DNA from: a virus
Taxonomy: Duplodnaviria; Caudoviricetes
Direction: 5' to 3' (one strand)
Virus record (IMG/VR): IMGVR_UViG_3300036830_000158
Span: 1 to 63,581 of that record
Length of the DNA: 63,581 nucleotides
Shown here: positions 33,980-44,176 of the stretch, piece after piece
How the letters are laid out: each line of letters starts with the position of its first letter
How positions within the stretch are numbered: the stretch's first letter is position 1
The notes under the pieces: generated by a model
The model's input: only the letters and a program-made list of their open reading frames with translations
What the model was told of the DNA's origin: nothing
The model's database searches: none
Position numbers and translations under genes: made by a program

Positions 33980-36547
33980 TCAGAGGAGTCGCCTCGTCGG
34001 ATCGTCCAAAAAGAACCGGTGTCCGTTCTTCGAATCAGCCATTTTTCTCAGTTTCAGCCCATCACTGACTTTGTTCTCTTGTCGCACCAGCCACCGTCCC
34101 AAGCTCTTGGAATTCAATCGTTTTTCTGGGATAATGTCGTGTAGACATTCCCTGAGTTGCGGACATCTGAACACGCCGGCCTGACCGTCACCGGCGGCCT
34201 TGATCAGCTCCGCCGCCGTCATCTCATAGTTGCGCCCGGTCCCGATCTCTGCAGCCCATGCGTGCATCAATCCGACGAAGCTGACGCGCGTCGGATCGTT
34301 GTCGCGCGCCTTTTCCATGGTGACAATCGGGTCGTCTTCACCCAGCCAGACCAGTGCGGAGCGCACCATATCCGACCAATCCTCGAAGGATGCCAGCGGT
34401 GCAAGGCGCCCAGGACGGCCGGCGAAATGGTAGGTGCGAACGATCGTCAGGCATGCGGCGATGTAAGGTCCGCGCTCGGCCAGAACGGCGTGTACCGGTT
34501 TGGTTCCGAAGACGCGAAGCTCGGGGCGTTCCTCGCCGCTGTCCATTGCACAGATCACCGCGCGCCGCGTCATGTCGTCGAGCAGGACAAGATTGTTGCC
34601 GGTGGCGAAGAACGTCGCCCGGTTCTGGACCTGCCCGATCTCCGACTTGCCGAGAATACGGGGCGTGATCAGCGGGCGCTCGATCGCCTGGCAGAGCAGA
34701 TCGCCGCCGAGCTCGCCATTGACGTTATCGATGGAGATCAGTGGCTGGCCGGCCATCAGAGCGGCGCCGAGACGTTTTTCCATCTCCTCCTCGGTCTTGC
34801 CGGCGGCGATGACGGGACAGACCTGTCCGAGCGATATCGCGGCGGCGATATCGAAAATATAGCTCTTGCCGGTTCCGGCCTGCGGGGCCGTGGTGACGTG
34901 CATCGGCGCCGCGCTCATCGCGGCTCTGACGACCGGGGTGATCAGCGCCGAGAGCGCCACGGCGCGGCTGCCGGGGCCGACGAAGGGGAACTCGGCGAGC
35001 AGCTCGTTCAACAAAGCGATGGCGTCGAGCGCATCCTCGCGTGTCGGCTTCTCGACGATTTCCGGCAGCTCAGGCGGATTGATCAGAATCAAGCCCGTTC
35101 GGGCGTCATAGCCGGGCTCAATGATCATACTGCCGTCGCGGCGGATCGTCGGGGCGCCGATGATGCCGCAGACGCTGGGAAAGCCCCAGTCGCCGTAGCG
35201 CGCATTGAGGATCGAGGAGATGTCCTTCGATGGGTCGGCCCGGACCCAATCGCCGACGCGCCCATCGAATTTCTCCCATTGGATATGACGGGCGAGGGCC
35301 AGACGCATATAGACATCGTCGACCATGGCCAGGCGCGGGATCTGTGTTTGTCGCTCGTCCGATGCTGACACCGTCTCGATTACAGGGCGCACCAACCGGT
35401 TGCCGCGCCGATAGAACGGCACTTTGGCGTCGATCAGATAGGCTTCCGCCTCATCGACGATGCGTGCGAGCTCGCCGGCGGCGATCTGGATCAGGGGACG
35501 GCAACCGCTGGTCCACGCCCCGCCCGATGATCCACCTGCGGACGCCGTCTCCGGCTTGCGTTCCCGCTTCGGCCTGGCCTTCGGCGGCGACCATGGCTTG
35601 GCGATCGCAACGGCCGCCCGGATATAATCAGCAGGCGTCTCGTCCCAATCCTTGCCGGCGAGCGGCGGATAGAGCAGATCGAGTGCGATGCCGTCCTCCT
35701 CCATCGCCTTCGCGGCCTTGTGGATGGCGGCTTCGCCGGCGCCGTTCGGATCGGCGCACAGGGTGACCCTCGTGGTCCCGCGCGGCCAGACGATCGACGG
35801 CAGCAGTGTCGCCGAGAGACCGACCGCGCACGGGATGCCGGTGGCGGCCTGACAGGCCAGACCTTTCTCGATGCCTTCGGCGCAGAGCATGTGAGCGGCG
35901 AACTCGCCAAGCCAAATCGCGCCGCCCTTGCAGGATCCAAACATCTTCTTCGCCGGCGAGACCTGCGCCTTGGCGCCGGTGCTGGGATCGAGGAACGTGA
36001 CATGGACGGCGCTGATGCGGCCCGCGGTTTCATCGGTGCGGGTGATCGGCGCGATCATCGCCGGCAGAGACGCGGCGGCTTCCTTGTGCCAGACGCCGGA
36101 ATTGAAGCGGAAATGGTCCGGCGGCGGACCATCGATGCCGCGGCGCTCGCTCAGATAGCGTTCCGCAAGAGTGTTGGTTATGGGGACGCCGGCGCGATAG
36201 AACTCTCTGGCCCGGTCTTCGGTCGACTTCTGTCTTTGCGGGGCGGGCTGCGCCGCAGCCGGCGCATAATTACTGGAGCCATTGAGCTGACGCGGGGTCT
36301 GCATGCCGCTGCTCAGACCGGACTCGACCGTGCCCTCGGCTTCATGTCGATCGATGCCGCAGAGCTTGGCCGCCCCGAGGAGAGCGACGCGGGCATCGCT
36401 GAGACCGATCGCGCCGGCGCCGATCAACTGGCCGATGCCGTAGCTTTCAGAGTTCAGGACTTGATTGCGGACGCCGGATTGCGCCGTCGAAATAGCCGCG
36501 CAGGCGCTGTCAAGGGCGGCCTGCCCGTATTTCTCGGCGCGCTCCAT
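33980..36547 (-). CDS. Toprim primase fused to a P-loop helicase-like domain
   Basis: AERYLSERRGI, VHVTFL, AEGIEKGL, LCAD, GKDWD; APQAGTGKS, ISIDNV. Confidence 0.8.
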   Translation of the reverse strand: MERAEKYGQAALDSACAAISTAQSGVRNQVLNSESYGIGQLIGAGAIGLSDARVALLGAAKLCGIDRHEAEGTVESGLSSGMQTPRQLNGSSNYAPAAAQPAPQRQKSTEDRAREFYRAGVPITNTLAERYLSERRGIDGPPPDHFRFNSGVWHKEAAASLPAMIAPITRTDETAGRISAVHVTFLDPSTGAKAQVSPAKKMFGSCKGGAIWLGEFAAHMLCAEGIEKGLACQAATGIPCAVGLSATLLPSIVWPRGTTRVTLCADPNGAGEAAIHKAAKAMEEDGIALDLLYPPLAGKDWDETPADYIRAAVAIAKPWSPPKARPKRERKPETASAGGSSGGAWTSGCRPLIQIAAGELARIVDEAEAYLIDAKVPFYRRGNRLVRPVIETVSASDERQTQIPRLAMVDDVYMRLALARHIQWEKFDGRVGDWVRADPSKDISSILNARYGDWGFPSVCGIIGAPTIRRDGSMIIEPGYDARTGLILINPPELPEIVEKPTREDALDAIALLNELLAEFPFVGPGSRAVALSALITPVVRAAMSAAPMHVTTAPQAGTGKSYIFDIAAAISLGQVCPVIAAGKTEEEMEKRLGAALMAGQPLISIDNVNGELGGDLLCQAIERPLITPRILGKSEIGQVQNRATFFATGNNLVLLDDMTRRAVICAMDSGEERPELRVFGTKPVHAVLAERGPYIAACLTIVRTYHFAGRPGRLAPLASFEDWSDMVRSALVWLGEDDPIVTMEKARDNDPTRVSFVGLMHAWAAEIGTGRNYEMTAAELIKAAGDGQAGVFRCPQLRECLHDIIPEKRLNSKSLGRWLVRQENKVSDGLKLRKMADSKNGHRFFLDDPTRRLL

Positions 36548-36550
36548 GGG

Positions 36551-37615
36551 CTAGCCTCGCGCTTCGTTGGCGAGAATGGCGCGGCCGGTCGGCTCGGAGC
36601 GATAGATTGCAGCAATATAACGGCTTAGCGGCAGCGGAATTTTCGCGATCATTGCTGACGCGAATTTGCGCTTCGTGCCGATGTGGTCGCGCTTGTCTTT
36701 CTCGCTGCGCTTGATCTTCACGCCTTCGACCATGTGTCCGAACTTGTGCGCGGATGCCACATTGAACCCGATGTCGCCAAGCTCAATGCCGGGGTTCTTG
36801 CGTCCGTCCGGATTGCATCCCTTGCCGCTGGTCGTGTTATGGGCGACATTGAACCAACTGCCGCCGTTGTCCTTGTGCTTCACGCCGTCGTGCTCAGCCG
36901 GATTGGTCAGATGGCGGGTATGGCTGTGCCCGTCCCTTTTGTTCAAATGCCCGGCGTTTTTGATGGCCTGATCGCCAGCGACGCGGGTAAAGTCCTGGCC
37001 CCGCAGCGTCGGATCGCTCCAGTTCATGCCGACAGACTTATGCCCCGTCGCTTCGACGGATGCGGTCTGAAAACTCCCGCCACTGCCGTCGAAGCGGAAG
37101 CCATTTACCTTGACGGCCCTGCTCGTGATCGGCATCAACGCCGGGACATCGCCCCAAAGGTAAAAGCTGCCGAAGTTCCAGCGTGCCCGCCCGACCCAGG
37201 GCTGGGCGCCTTTTACGTTCTCGACGATCAACGGGATGTGGCGTCCCGCAGCCTCGGTGGCTTCCCGCTGAATGCGGAAGCAGGCATCGAACAGACGATT
37301 CAGATCGGCAAGCTTCGTCCCCGTCTCATCGGCGCGAATCGTTGAAGCCTTCGCCTTCGCCTTCTTCCACGGCATCGCCATGTAGGAATAGGCCTGGCAT
37401 GGCGGCGACGCGACGATCAGATCGGCCGACCGGAACTGCGAGCCATGCAGCGTAAGCACGTCCTGGACGACGAGCTGCGCGGGATAGCGGTGATCGCCAT
37501 ATTCGTGCCGCTCGATGTCGAAGCCGATCACGTCATAACCTTCGGCGAGCAAGCCTTCGGTCCAGCCACCAAGGCCGCAGAAGAGATCGATCGCCAAGGG
37601 CTTTAGTACGCGCAC
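36551..37615 (-). CDS. DNA cytosine-C5 methyltransferase-like protein
   Basis: IDLFCGLGG (motif I), SPPCQ (IV), VENV (VI). Confidence 0.8.
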   Translation of the reverse strand: MRVLKPLAIDLFCGLGGWTEGLLAEGYDVIGFDIERHEYGDHRYPAQLVVQDVLTLHGSQFRSADLIVASPPCQAYSYMAMPWKKAKAKASTIRADETGTKLADLNRLFDACFRIQREATEAAGRHIPLIVENVKGAQPWVGRARWNFGSFYLWGDVPALMPITSRAVKVNGFRFDGSGGSFQTASVEATGHKSVGMNWSDPTLRGQDFTRVAGDQAIKNAGHLNKRDGHSHTRHLTNPAEHDGVKHKDNGGSWFNVAHNTTSGKGCNPDGRKNPGIELGDIGFNVASAHKFGHMVEGVKIKRSEKDKRDHIGTKRKFASAMIAKIPLPLSRYIAAIYRSEPTGRAILANEARG

Positions 37616-37629
37616 GGAACACCTTTATC

Positions 37630-38049
37630 TCAAAACGGCAGAGCGTCGCCCTTGGAGGCGTCGGTCCCATCGGCGAATTCGATCGGCGCCTGGGGATCGA
37701 CTTTCGGCTTACCGGCCGCCCTCGGCTTCTTCGGCCTGGCCCGGCCAATGAGCGCCATGGGCTGGACGAGAGAAGCGGACACCGATAATCCGTGGCGTGT
37801 CTGTCCTTCGGCGCTGTCCCAGGTCTTGAGCTTCAGCTTGCCTTCGACATAGACCTCGGCGCCCTTGATCAGATGCGCGGCGATCTCGGCGATGCTCTCC
37901 GACCAGGCGACGACATTGAGCCACTGGACGTCGTCATCCTCGCCCTCGATCACGGACATCGCCACGAATTGCCGGCCCGAGGCGCGCGCCGTCTTGATCT
38001 CGGCGTCGCGGCCGAGACGGCCCTGGAAAGCGCAGTGGACGCCTTTCAT
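37630..38049 (-). CDS. ssb: Single-stranded DNA-binding protein
   Basis: GRLGRDAE, WLNVVAW, KGAEVYVEGKL, C-terminal DALPF. Confidence 0.9.
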   Translation of the reverse strand: MKGVHCAFQGRLGRDAEIKTARASGRQFVAMSVIEGEDDDVQWLNVVAWSESIAEIAAHLIKGAEVYVEGKLKLKTWDSAEGQTRHGLSVSASLVQPMALIGRARPKKPRAAGKPKVDPQAPIEFADGTDASKGDALPF

Positions 38050-38813
38050 AGCGCCAGCTCCTTCGGGAACAGAGCCGCCCATTTCGGCTTATCGGCCTCG
38101 ATCTCGGCGTAGTTTTTCGGGTGCTGCGCCCGGAAATCAGGGCAATGCTTGCCGCGCATATAGCCGCGATCCGATTTGACCAGCCAGCCGGCGTAAGGAT
38201 CGGTCCAGCGGGATGGCGACAGGCCTAGCGCCTTGAAATCGCGCCGGGTCACCGGGCGCTGATCAAGTAAGATGCTGAGCTTGATGGCTCTGATTTTCCA
38301 ATCGGAAAGCTTTACCGGCGCGCTGTCGCCGGCGCGGACATCGGGGACATAATCCGGAAGCCGACAACGCTCCGAAGGACACCAATCGAACCAGTCCCCT
38401 TCTCCGCCATAGGCGTACCATTGCCCTGGTTTCGGCAGCGGCGGCCAGATCGGACTATTCCATTTATCGGTCAGGAATTGCCGTCTGACCACAATAACGG
38501 TGATGCCGAGCGCCTCGCAAATTGGGGCGAGATCTGATGTCGCATATTCCGGCACCAGGACGGCCCGATAATCCGGCCCCCTGAAATCATGGATTAATCG
38601 GATATGCTCCGGCAATGCTTGCGCGACCACCTTACCGTTGAGCTTGAGCTTGGCCTCGACGCCGATCTGGATGTCGTCGGCTTTGCGTCTGAGCAGGATG
38701 TCGAAGCCAGCTGTCTCCGGATAGCAGACCCAGTCGCCTTCCTTGGCAACAACATCGATGAAGTCCCGGCAGAGATCGGACTCTTTGAGATATTTTCCCG
38801 GATCCGGTCTCAC
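38046..38813 (-). CDS. PD-(D/E)xK-like hypothetical protein
   Basis: YPETAGFDILL...QIGVEAKL motif. Confidence 0.55.
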   Translation of the reverse strand: MRPDPGKYLKESDLCRDFIDVVAKEGDWVCYPETAGFDILLRRKADDIQIGVEAKLKLNGKVVAQALPEHIRLIHDFRGPDYRAVLVPEYATSDLAPICEALGITVIVVRRQFLTDKWNSPIWPPLPKPGQWYAYGGEGDWFDWCPSERCRLPDYVPDVRAGDSAPVKLSDWKIRAIKLSILLDQRPVTRRDFKALGLSPSRWTDPYAGWLVKSDRGYMRGKHCPDFRAQHPKNYAEIEADKPKWAALFPKELAL

Positions 38814-39292
38814 GCCACGTCCTCCATCGCCCTCTGCATCCAAGCCCCGGCCCTGAGATCGGCGATATCGATCGCGCCGTCCGGAACTGGCGGCAGCGCC
38901 GGCAGGCTGATGCTTTCCGCTACGGCTGCGTCCGCCCTGTCCAAACGCTTCGGCCTCTTCGGCTTCAGATTGCGGCGGTCCACGAAACCGGCGACGGCGC
39001 CCGGCGTCGAGCCGATCTGTCTGGCGATGCCGCGCAGGCTGTGGCCGGTCCGGAGCAGATCGCCGATCTCGGCTTGTCGGCCCTCCAGGATGGAAATTTG
39101 CCGCTTGCGCGGCCGCGCCGCATAGCCGAGCCGGCGGGGACAGCGCCCGATCCTCTCTAGCCATTGATGCAAGTTGTTGATCTGCTTAACCGTCAGGCCA
39201 AGCCGCGCCGCGATCAGATCGCGCGGCGTCCCGGCTCGGCACAAAGCGAGGAATTCATCGGTCTTCTGAGCATAGGAAGCTCTGCGCCGCAT
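38810..39292 (-). CDS. Two-HTH DNA-binding protein
   Basis: RDLIAARLGLT and SLRGIARQIGST helices. Confidence 0.55.
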   Translation of the reverse strand: MRRRASYAQKTDEFLALCRAGTPRDLIAARLGLTVKQINNLHQWLERIGRCPRRLGYAARPRKRQISILEGRQAEIGDLLRTGHSLRGIARQIGSTPGAVAGFVDRRNLKPKRPKRLDRADAAVAESISLPALPPVPDGAIDIADLRAGAWMQRAMEDVA

Positions 39293-39299
39293 CGGAGCC

Positions 39300-41021
39300 T
39301 CAGGCGTCGCAAGTTCTGTGTCCGGTCGCCAAGTCGACGCGGCAGGCGCCGCCGTTTAGGGTGGCGATCGGCTCCTGCTTGTTGTCCTCCTTCGCCTTGA
39401 GGACCCCGCTGCGCTTGCCGTCAGCTCGGAAAGTAGAACAGCTCTTGGCGCCCTCCCGCCAAGCCACCGCATAGACGTTTTTGAAATCGTCCCATGTTAC
39501 ATCCGGGCCGACATTGCAGGTTTTAGAGACGGCGCTGTCGACCATCTGCGATGCCGCGCAAAGCACGGCGAGATGGTCGTTAACCGTGCATTCCAGCGCG
39601 GTGCGGCCCCTTACGCCGAATCGCGCCAGGCCGTAATCCTGCATCTGATAGACTTTCGGCCCATCGGGAGTGATCAGCGTGCGGTCATATTGGTGGGCGA
39701 AAACCGGCTCGATGCCGGATGAGATGTTGTCGGCGGTGATCGAGATCGTGCCGGTCGGAGCAATCGAGGTGAGATGCGAATTGCGGATGCCGTATTGCCG
39801 GATGCCGTCGCGGATGTCCGCCGGCAGGGTCTGAATGAATTTGCCTTGTAGATATTTTTCAGCGTCGAATAATGGGAAACGGCCTTTTTCATCAGCCAGC
39901 CGCACCGATGTCCGATAGGCCGTGTCGCGCAATATCGTCAGAATGGAACGAAGCACCTTTAGGAATTCCGGGGAGCCATAAGGCGCGCCGAGAACTTCGA
40001 TTGCGTTTGCGGCCCCGGTGACGCCGAGCCCCATGCGCCGCTTCTGGATTTCCTCATGCTTTTGCTGCGGCAGCGGATAAACCGCCAGATCGATGACGTT
40101 GTCCATGCCACGCACCACAGCGGCAATGTCGCCTTTGAATTGATCTTCATCGAAATAAAGCCCCTTGCTGTCGCGATGGATGTAACGGACCAGATTGAAG
40201 GAGCCGAGTAGACAGGCGCCGAATGGCGGCAGTGGCTGTTCTGCGCACGGATTGGTGCTGGCGATAGTCTCGCAATAGCGCAGATTGTTCAGCCTGTTCA
40301 CTGCGTCGATGAAGATGATGCCAGGCTCGGCCCAATCCCACGTCGACCGCATGATTTCCGCCCAGAGATCGACGGCGCGCACCGTGGAGTGCACCCGGCC
40401 GCCGAATTTGAGATCAAAGCCGGCGTCGGCTTCGACGGCATGCATGAACTCGTCGGTAACCGCGACCGATATGTTAAAATTGGTGAGACTGGACTGGTCG
40501 CGCTTGGCGTGAATGAAGTCCAGGATATCGGGATGGTCGACACGCAAGATCCCCATCATCGCGCCGCGCCGATGCCCGGCGGAGCAAACCGTGCCGCACA
40601 CCGAATTGAATACGTCCATGAAGCTGATCGGCCCGGACGATGTTGACTGCAGGGACCTGATCAGATCGCCCTTGGGCCGGATCGTCGAAAAGTCGCTTCC
40701 CCAGCCGCCGCCCATGCGCAGCGTTTGCGCGCATTCGGTCGCCGCAAGCATGATGCCGTCCATGGAGTCTTCGATGGCGCGGCCGACGAAGCAATTGATC
40801 GGCGTCACCTTGCGCAAACTGCCAACGGCCGCCTGCACACGCCCTGCGGGCAGAAAACGCATGTCGAGCAAGATGTCGCGAAGAGCGTGGAAGTGTTCGG
40901 GGGAATCCTTCATGCCATCCGCAATCCGATTGATGGCGGCGCGGAAATCCTCGTTTGGTCCGCGATATTTCTCAGAATGGATTAAATCAGAAACCGTCAG
41001 CGTAGGCCCGCTCATCCGCAC
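39300..41021 (-). CDS. nrdJ: Class II (B12-dependent) ribonucleotide reductase
   Basis: FLPAGR, NCFV, RRGAMM, NFNISV, EPG, TNPCAEQPL, ACLLGS, IAPTGTIS, SGIEP; C-terminal C...C pair; no nrdB in the window. Confidence 0.9.
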   Translation of the reverse strand: MRMSGPTLTVSDLIHSEKYRGPNEDFRAAINRIADGMKDSPEHFHALRDILLDMRFLPAGRVQAAVGSLRKVTPINCFVGRAIEDSMDGIMLAATECAQTLRMGGGWGSDFSTIRPKGDLIRSLQSTSSGPISFMDVFNSVCGTVCSAGHRRGAMMGILRVDHPDILDFIHAKRDQSSLTNFNISVAVTDEFMHAVEADAGFDLKFGGRVHSTVRAVDLWAEIMRSTWDWAEPGIIFIDAVNRLNNLRYCETIASTNPCAEQPLPPFGACLLGSFNLVRYIHRDSKGLYFDEDQFKGDIAAVVRGMDNVIDLAVYPLPQQKHEEIQKRRMGLGVTGAANAIEVLGAPYGSPEFLKVLRSILTILRDTAYRTSVRLADEKGRFPLFDAEKYLQGKFIQTLPADIRDGIRQYGIRNSHLTSIAPTGTISITADNISSGIEPVFAHQYDRTLITPDGPKVYQMQDYGLARFGVRGRTALECTVNDHLAVLCAASQMVDSAVSKTCNVGPDVTWDDFKNVYAVAWREGAKSCSTFRADGKRSGVLKAKEDNKQEPIATLNGGACRVDLATGHRTCDA

Positions 41022-41041
41022 TCATCCTTTTGTTGGTTTTG

Positions 41042-41689
41042 TCATCCCAGCGCCACCATTCGTCTGCGCGGCTTGCTCAGCAGTCTGGCGAAGTGGTGGT
41101 CGCAATAGCCGGCGAACTTGGCGCCGCTCCGAGGATCGGGGCGGCGCTTCGGGGCGCCACAGAACAGATACGGGTTGCCATCGTTAACCGGCCAGCAGCA
41201 TTGGTCGCGGCGGCGATCGGCTAAGGTGACGGGGACGCAATCCGGAGCGGGCGCATGGGCAACCGGGACCGGCCTCGGCGCCACGACCACGACCGCCGCG
41301 CACCGCTTTGGCTTCAGGACATGATTGCCGCCGGAATTTTTGAGATCGCGGAGCCCAAGCTTCTTGACCTGGTTCACCGTCCGCTGGCGTGAATAGCGCC
41401 AGCCGAATTCGGCGGTCAGCTTGTCCGCGAGCCCATCATAGGTGAGACCTTCGCCATGCCCGGCCTTGAGCGCCTCGACTACCTCTGGGCGCCAGTGGTC
41501 AATGGCTTCCAGAGGCTGAACGCCTCCCATGCGTCTGAACCGCGAGAGCACGGCGTTCTTGGTCAAACCGGCGCCAAACATCTCGTTGAGACGGCTGGCT
41601 ATGGTTTCGAAGGCGAGATCGGCATCCCGCAGGCGCAGCAGCGCCCGATCCTTTTCATCGTCCCACGGCGAAACGCCCTGCCGCATCAT
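41042..41689 (-). CDS. gcrA: GcrA-like transcription regulator
   Basis: W...IASRL..TKNAVLSRFRR HTH; CCWPV...FCGAP...YCDHH. Confidence 0.8.
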   Translation of the reverse strand: MMRQGVSPWDDEKDRALLRLRDADLAFETIASRLNEMFGAGLTKNAVLSRFRRMGGVQPLEAIDHWRPEVVEALKAGHGEGLTYDGLADKLTAEFGWRYSRQRTVNQVKKLGLRDLKNSGGNHVLKPKRCAAVVVVAPRPVPVAHAPAPDCVPVTLADRRRDQCCWPVNDGNPYLFCGAPKRRPDPRSGAKFAGYCDHHFARLLSKPRRRMVALG

Positions 41690-42069
41690 GCCGCCTCCGC
41701 GGATTCGGTCGATTTCCGTTCCTGGGTCTCTTCAGATAGGACGAGCGCTTCGCGGCGGCGCTTCCAGCCCTTATAGGCGGCAAGCGAGCGGCGCGCTTTT
41801 GCAATGCGGTCATTCTCAGCCGGCGAACGGGCCGGCGGGGCCGGGGCTGTCGCCACGGCTATACGGCCGAGAAGATCGTAAGAAATCTCCCGGCCGGTTT
41901 TGCGCCGCACCGCTTCAATCAGCGCAGGCCAGTACGTTGGACGCAGAGACCCGCGCGCCCGCCACTGACGCGCCGTGCACTTTTTTACATTCATAGCCAG
42001 CGCGATCTCCTCATCGGTTCGACCGATGCACGACAAAAGCTCAATGAAAGTAGGGATTTGTTCAGACAT
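41686..42069 (-). CDS. Cro-like protein
   Basis: IALAMNV..TARQWRARGSL..YWPALI; divergent from the CI-like gene. Confidence 0.7.
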   Translation of the reverse strand: MSEQIPTFIELLSCIGRTDEEIALAMNVKKCTARQWRARGSLRPTYWPALIEAVRRKTGREISYDLLGRIAVATAPAPPARSPAENDRIAKARRSLAAYKGWKRRREALVLSEETQERKSTESAEAA

Positions 42070-42081
42070 GTTTGAAAATAA

Positions 42082-42177
42082 TGCACAAATCCGGCGCCTG
42101 CGCAATGCACAAAATGCGCACTACAGTGCACAGCGCGGCGCGTGACAAAACACGAAAAAAAGTGTACAGTTTGTGCA
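42082..42177. promoter_or_regulatory. cI/cro operator region
   Basis: TGCACA-aaa-TGCGCA (42106) and TGTACA-gtt-TGTGCA (42163), plus extra half-sites. Confidence 0.7.
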
Positions 42178-42950
42178 TGGATAAGAAAAAGCTGACCCCC
42201 TACAAAGAGTTTGGATGCCGGCTGGCGGAGGCGCGCATTAACGCTGGCTTCCAAACTGCGGTTCAGGCGATCCACGCCTTGAAGCTGATCCGGCGCACCT
42301 ACTACAGCCACGAAGCCGGGGAGCGGATGCCATCCGACGATGACATCTGCCGCTACGCCGATCTTTACGGCGTCACCCCGACTTATCTTCGGTATGGCGA
42401 CGACGCCGCAGAGCAAGATCGCGGCGCCGGGAGGTCAGCTAAGAATTCTCTAGTCCCTTCAACGGTTTTGGTTAACCAACCGTCACAATTGTCCAAATTA
42501 AGCGCTTCACAAAATTATGGCGTCAGGCCTATAGTCATCCTGTCGGCGAAGGACATCAGGAGCTTGAGCAAAGGACGAGGGGTCCTGACCTTCATGTCGC
42601 GAGAAACATTGCCCGTGCCGGAATTTCTCGCCGCCGGTCCGGATGCGTTTGCTTATATTATACCGCCAGGTGATTTTTCCATGATCGCCAGGAACGGTCC
42701 ATCATTTCACCCCGGCACGGCTCTGGTGGTGGATCCGGAGCGCCGGATCGAGCCCGGCGATAAGGTATTGGTGGACCTCAAAGATTTCGATGCGCCGCTG
42801 CTGCGTATCTATAAGGCCGTGCGGCCTTATATTCCCGGCACGCCCTTCACGCTCTCAGCTCTGAACGAGGCCTTCGACGATATCCGAGTCGATGACGCCG
42901 ATCGCGTGCTCTCCATAGCCAGACTGATCTGGACTGGCCATCAGTGGTAA
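42177..42950 (+). CDS. CI-like repressor (XRE HTH + S24-like domain)
   Basis: RLAEARINAGF...TYYSHEAGER...YLRYG; DFSM...VVDPERRIEPGD. Confidence 0.85.
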   Translation: MDKKKLTPYKEFGCRLAEARINAGFQTAVQAIHALKLIRRTYYSHEAGERMPSDDDICRYADLYGVTPTYLRYGDDAAEQDRGAGRSAKNSLVPSTVLVNQPSQLSKLSASQNYGVRPIVILSAKDIRSLSKGRGVLTFMSRETLPVPEFLAAGPDAFAYIIPPGDFSMIARNGPSFHPGTALVVDPERRIEPGDKVLVDLKDFDAPLLRIYKAVRPYIPGTPFTLSALNEAFDDIRVDDADRVLSIARLIWTGHQW

Positions 42951-42978
42951 TCCCGTCCCGTTTCTGAAATCCGCCTTT

Positions 42979-43051
42979 TAATGCACATTTTGTGCATTAG
43001 GCTCTTGACATCGGTGCACAGCTCAGTGCATTAATATGCACGTAGCGTGCA
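42979..43051 (+). promoter_or_regulatory. Early promoter with operators
   Basis: TAATGCACA-ttt-TGTGCATTA (42979-42999), TTGACA (43005), TGCACG-tag-CGTGCA (43037). Confidence 0.75.
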
Positions 43052-43801
43052 CTTGAGTGCGCTGCAACGCTGGTCAGTCAGCGTTTCCTCCCTCAAACTT
43101 GCCGGCTGCCTCTCACGTTCCCTGCGTCGCAGCCGGCTTTTTCGGAGCAGTGCACATATGTTCGAGATTCGGTGCACACATCGACCGACTGCCTCCAGCC
43201 TCATCTTCCTGCCCGAGGACATCGAAAGCGATCGCGGCGCCGCGCTGCGCGTCAGTTTCGAGACCGTGGCCTATTGGCCGGCAGAGCGCGATGTCGGCGC
43301 CGGAGATGATTTCGACGCCAGAATTATCTGCGTCGAAATCAATGATGACCGCGACAACGGCTGGCGCCGCCTCGATGGCCAGTCCAGAGAGAACGCCGAA
43401 AAATTTCTTGAGACCCACTATCACAACGAGATGTGGGAGGCGGCCGGCGAGCAGGCCCGTGAGGATTTCGCCATCGTCAGATATGGGTGGGCGGCATGAC
43501 GGAGCCCGCTCTTGATTTCGATCTTGATTTTTCCCGTTACGCCCCGTCGCCGCCTCGACTTGTGGTCCGTCAGGAAGTCGCGGCTCCAGGGGAGCTGGCG
43601 CTGGCCTTCGGCGAGATCGCGCACGCTCTCGGCGTGATCTGGCGATGCCTCGTATTCGCCGCGGCTACGATCTGGCGTCGCGGCGCTCTCTGGTTCGAGA
43701 TCCGCATCCTGCATTCACTCCATGCCGCCTGGAGCATCGGCTCCATCGGCTGGGGCGCCTTCTTATCCCTTTTCGCCATCGAACTCTTCATGAGGTAGCC
43801 A

Positions 43802-44176
43802 ATGTCCTGGCCGAATGACGAAGTCTACAGCAAAGCTGCGCTCGCCCTGCTCATAATGGAGGAACTCCACGGTGACGAAGAAACCATCCGATTCCTGCAA
43901 CAAGAGCTCGTCCGCCGCCACGTCATCAAAGAGCACAGAGCCGCCCATCGCGCGCTCGTTGCTATTGCGCAGCGTCAGGCGACGGACGCATCTGCTGAGA
44001 CCGATCGGACCGTTGCCGCTCTCATCGCAGCGCTCGAATTCTATGCGGACCAGGATAATTACAAGAGGCGCGGCAACAAGCCCTCGGACGTCTCGGCAGA
44101 TGGCGGCTTCGTCGCTCGGGAAGCGCTTGCGAAAATAGCAAATGACAGCGACGCCGATGGCGAAGGGGGGCAATAA
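43802..44176 (+). CDS. Hypothetical protein
   Basis: ORF with GAGG RBS in the early operon. Confidence 0.5.
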   Translation: MSWPNDEVYSKAALALLIMEELHGDEETIRFLQQELVRRHVIKEHRAAHRALVAIAQRQATDASAETDRTVAALIAALEFYADQDNYKRRGNKPSDVSADGGFVAREALAKIANDSDADGEGGQ

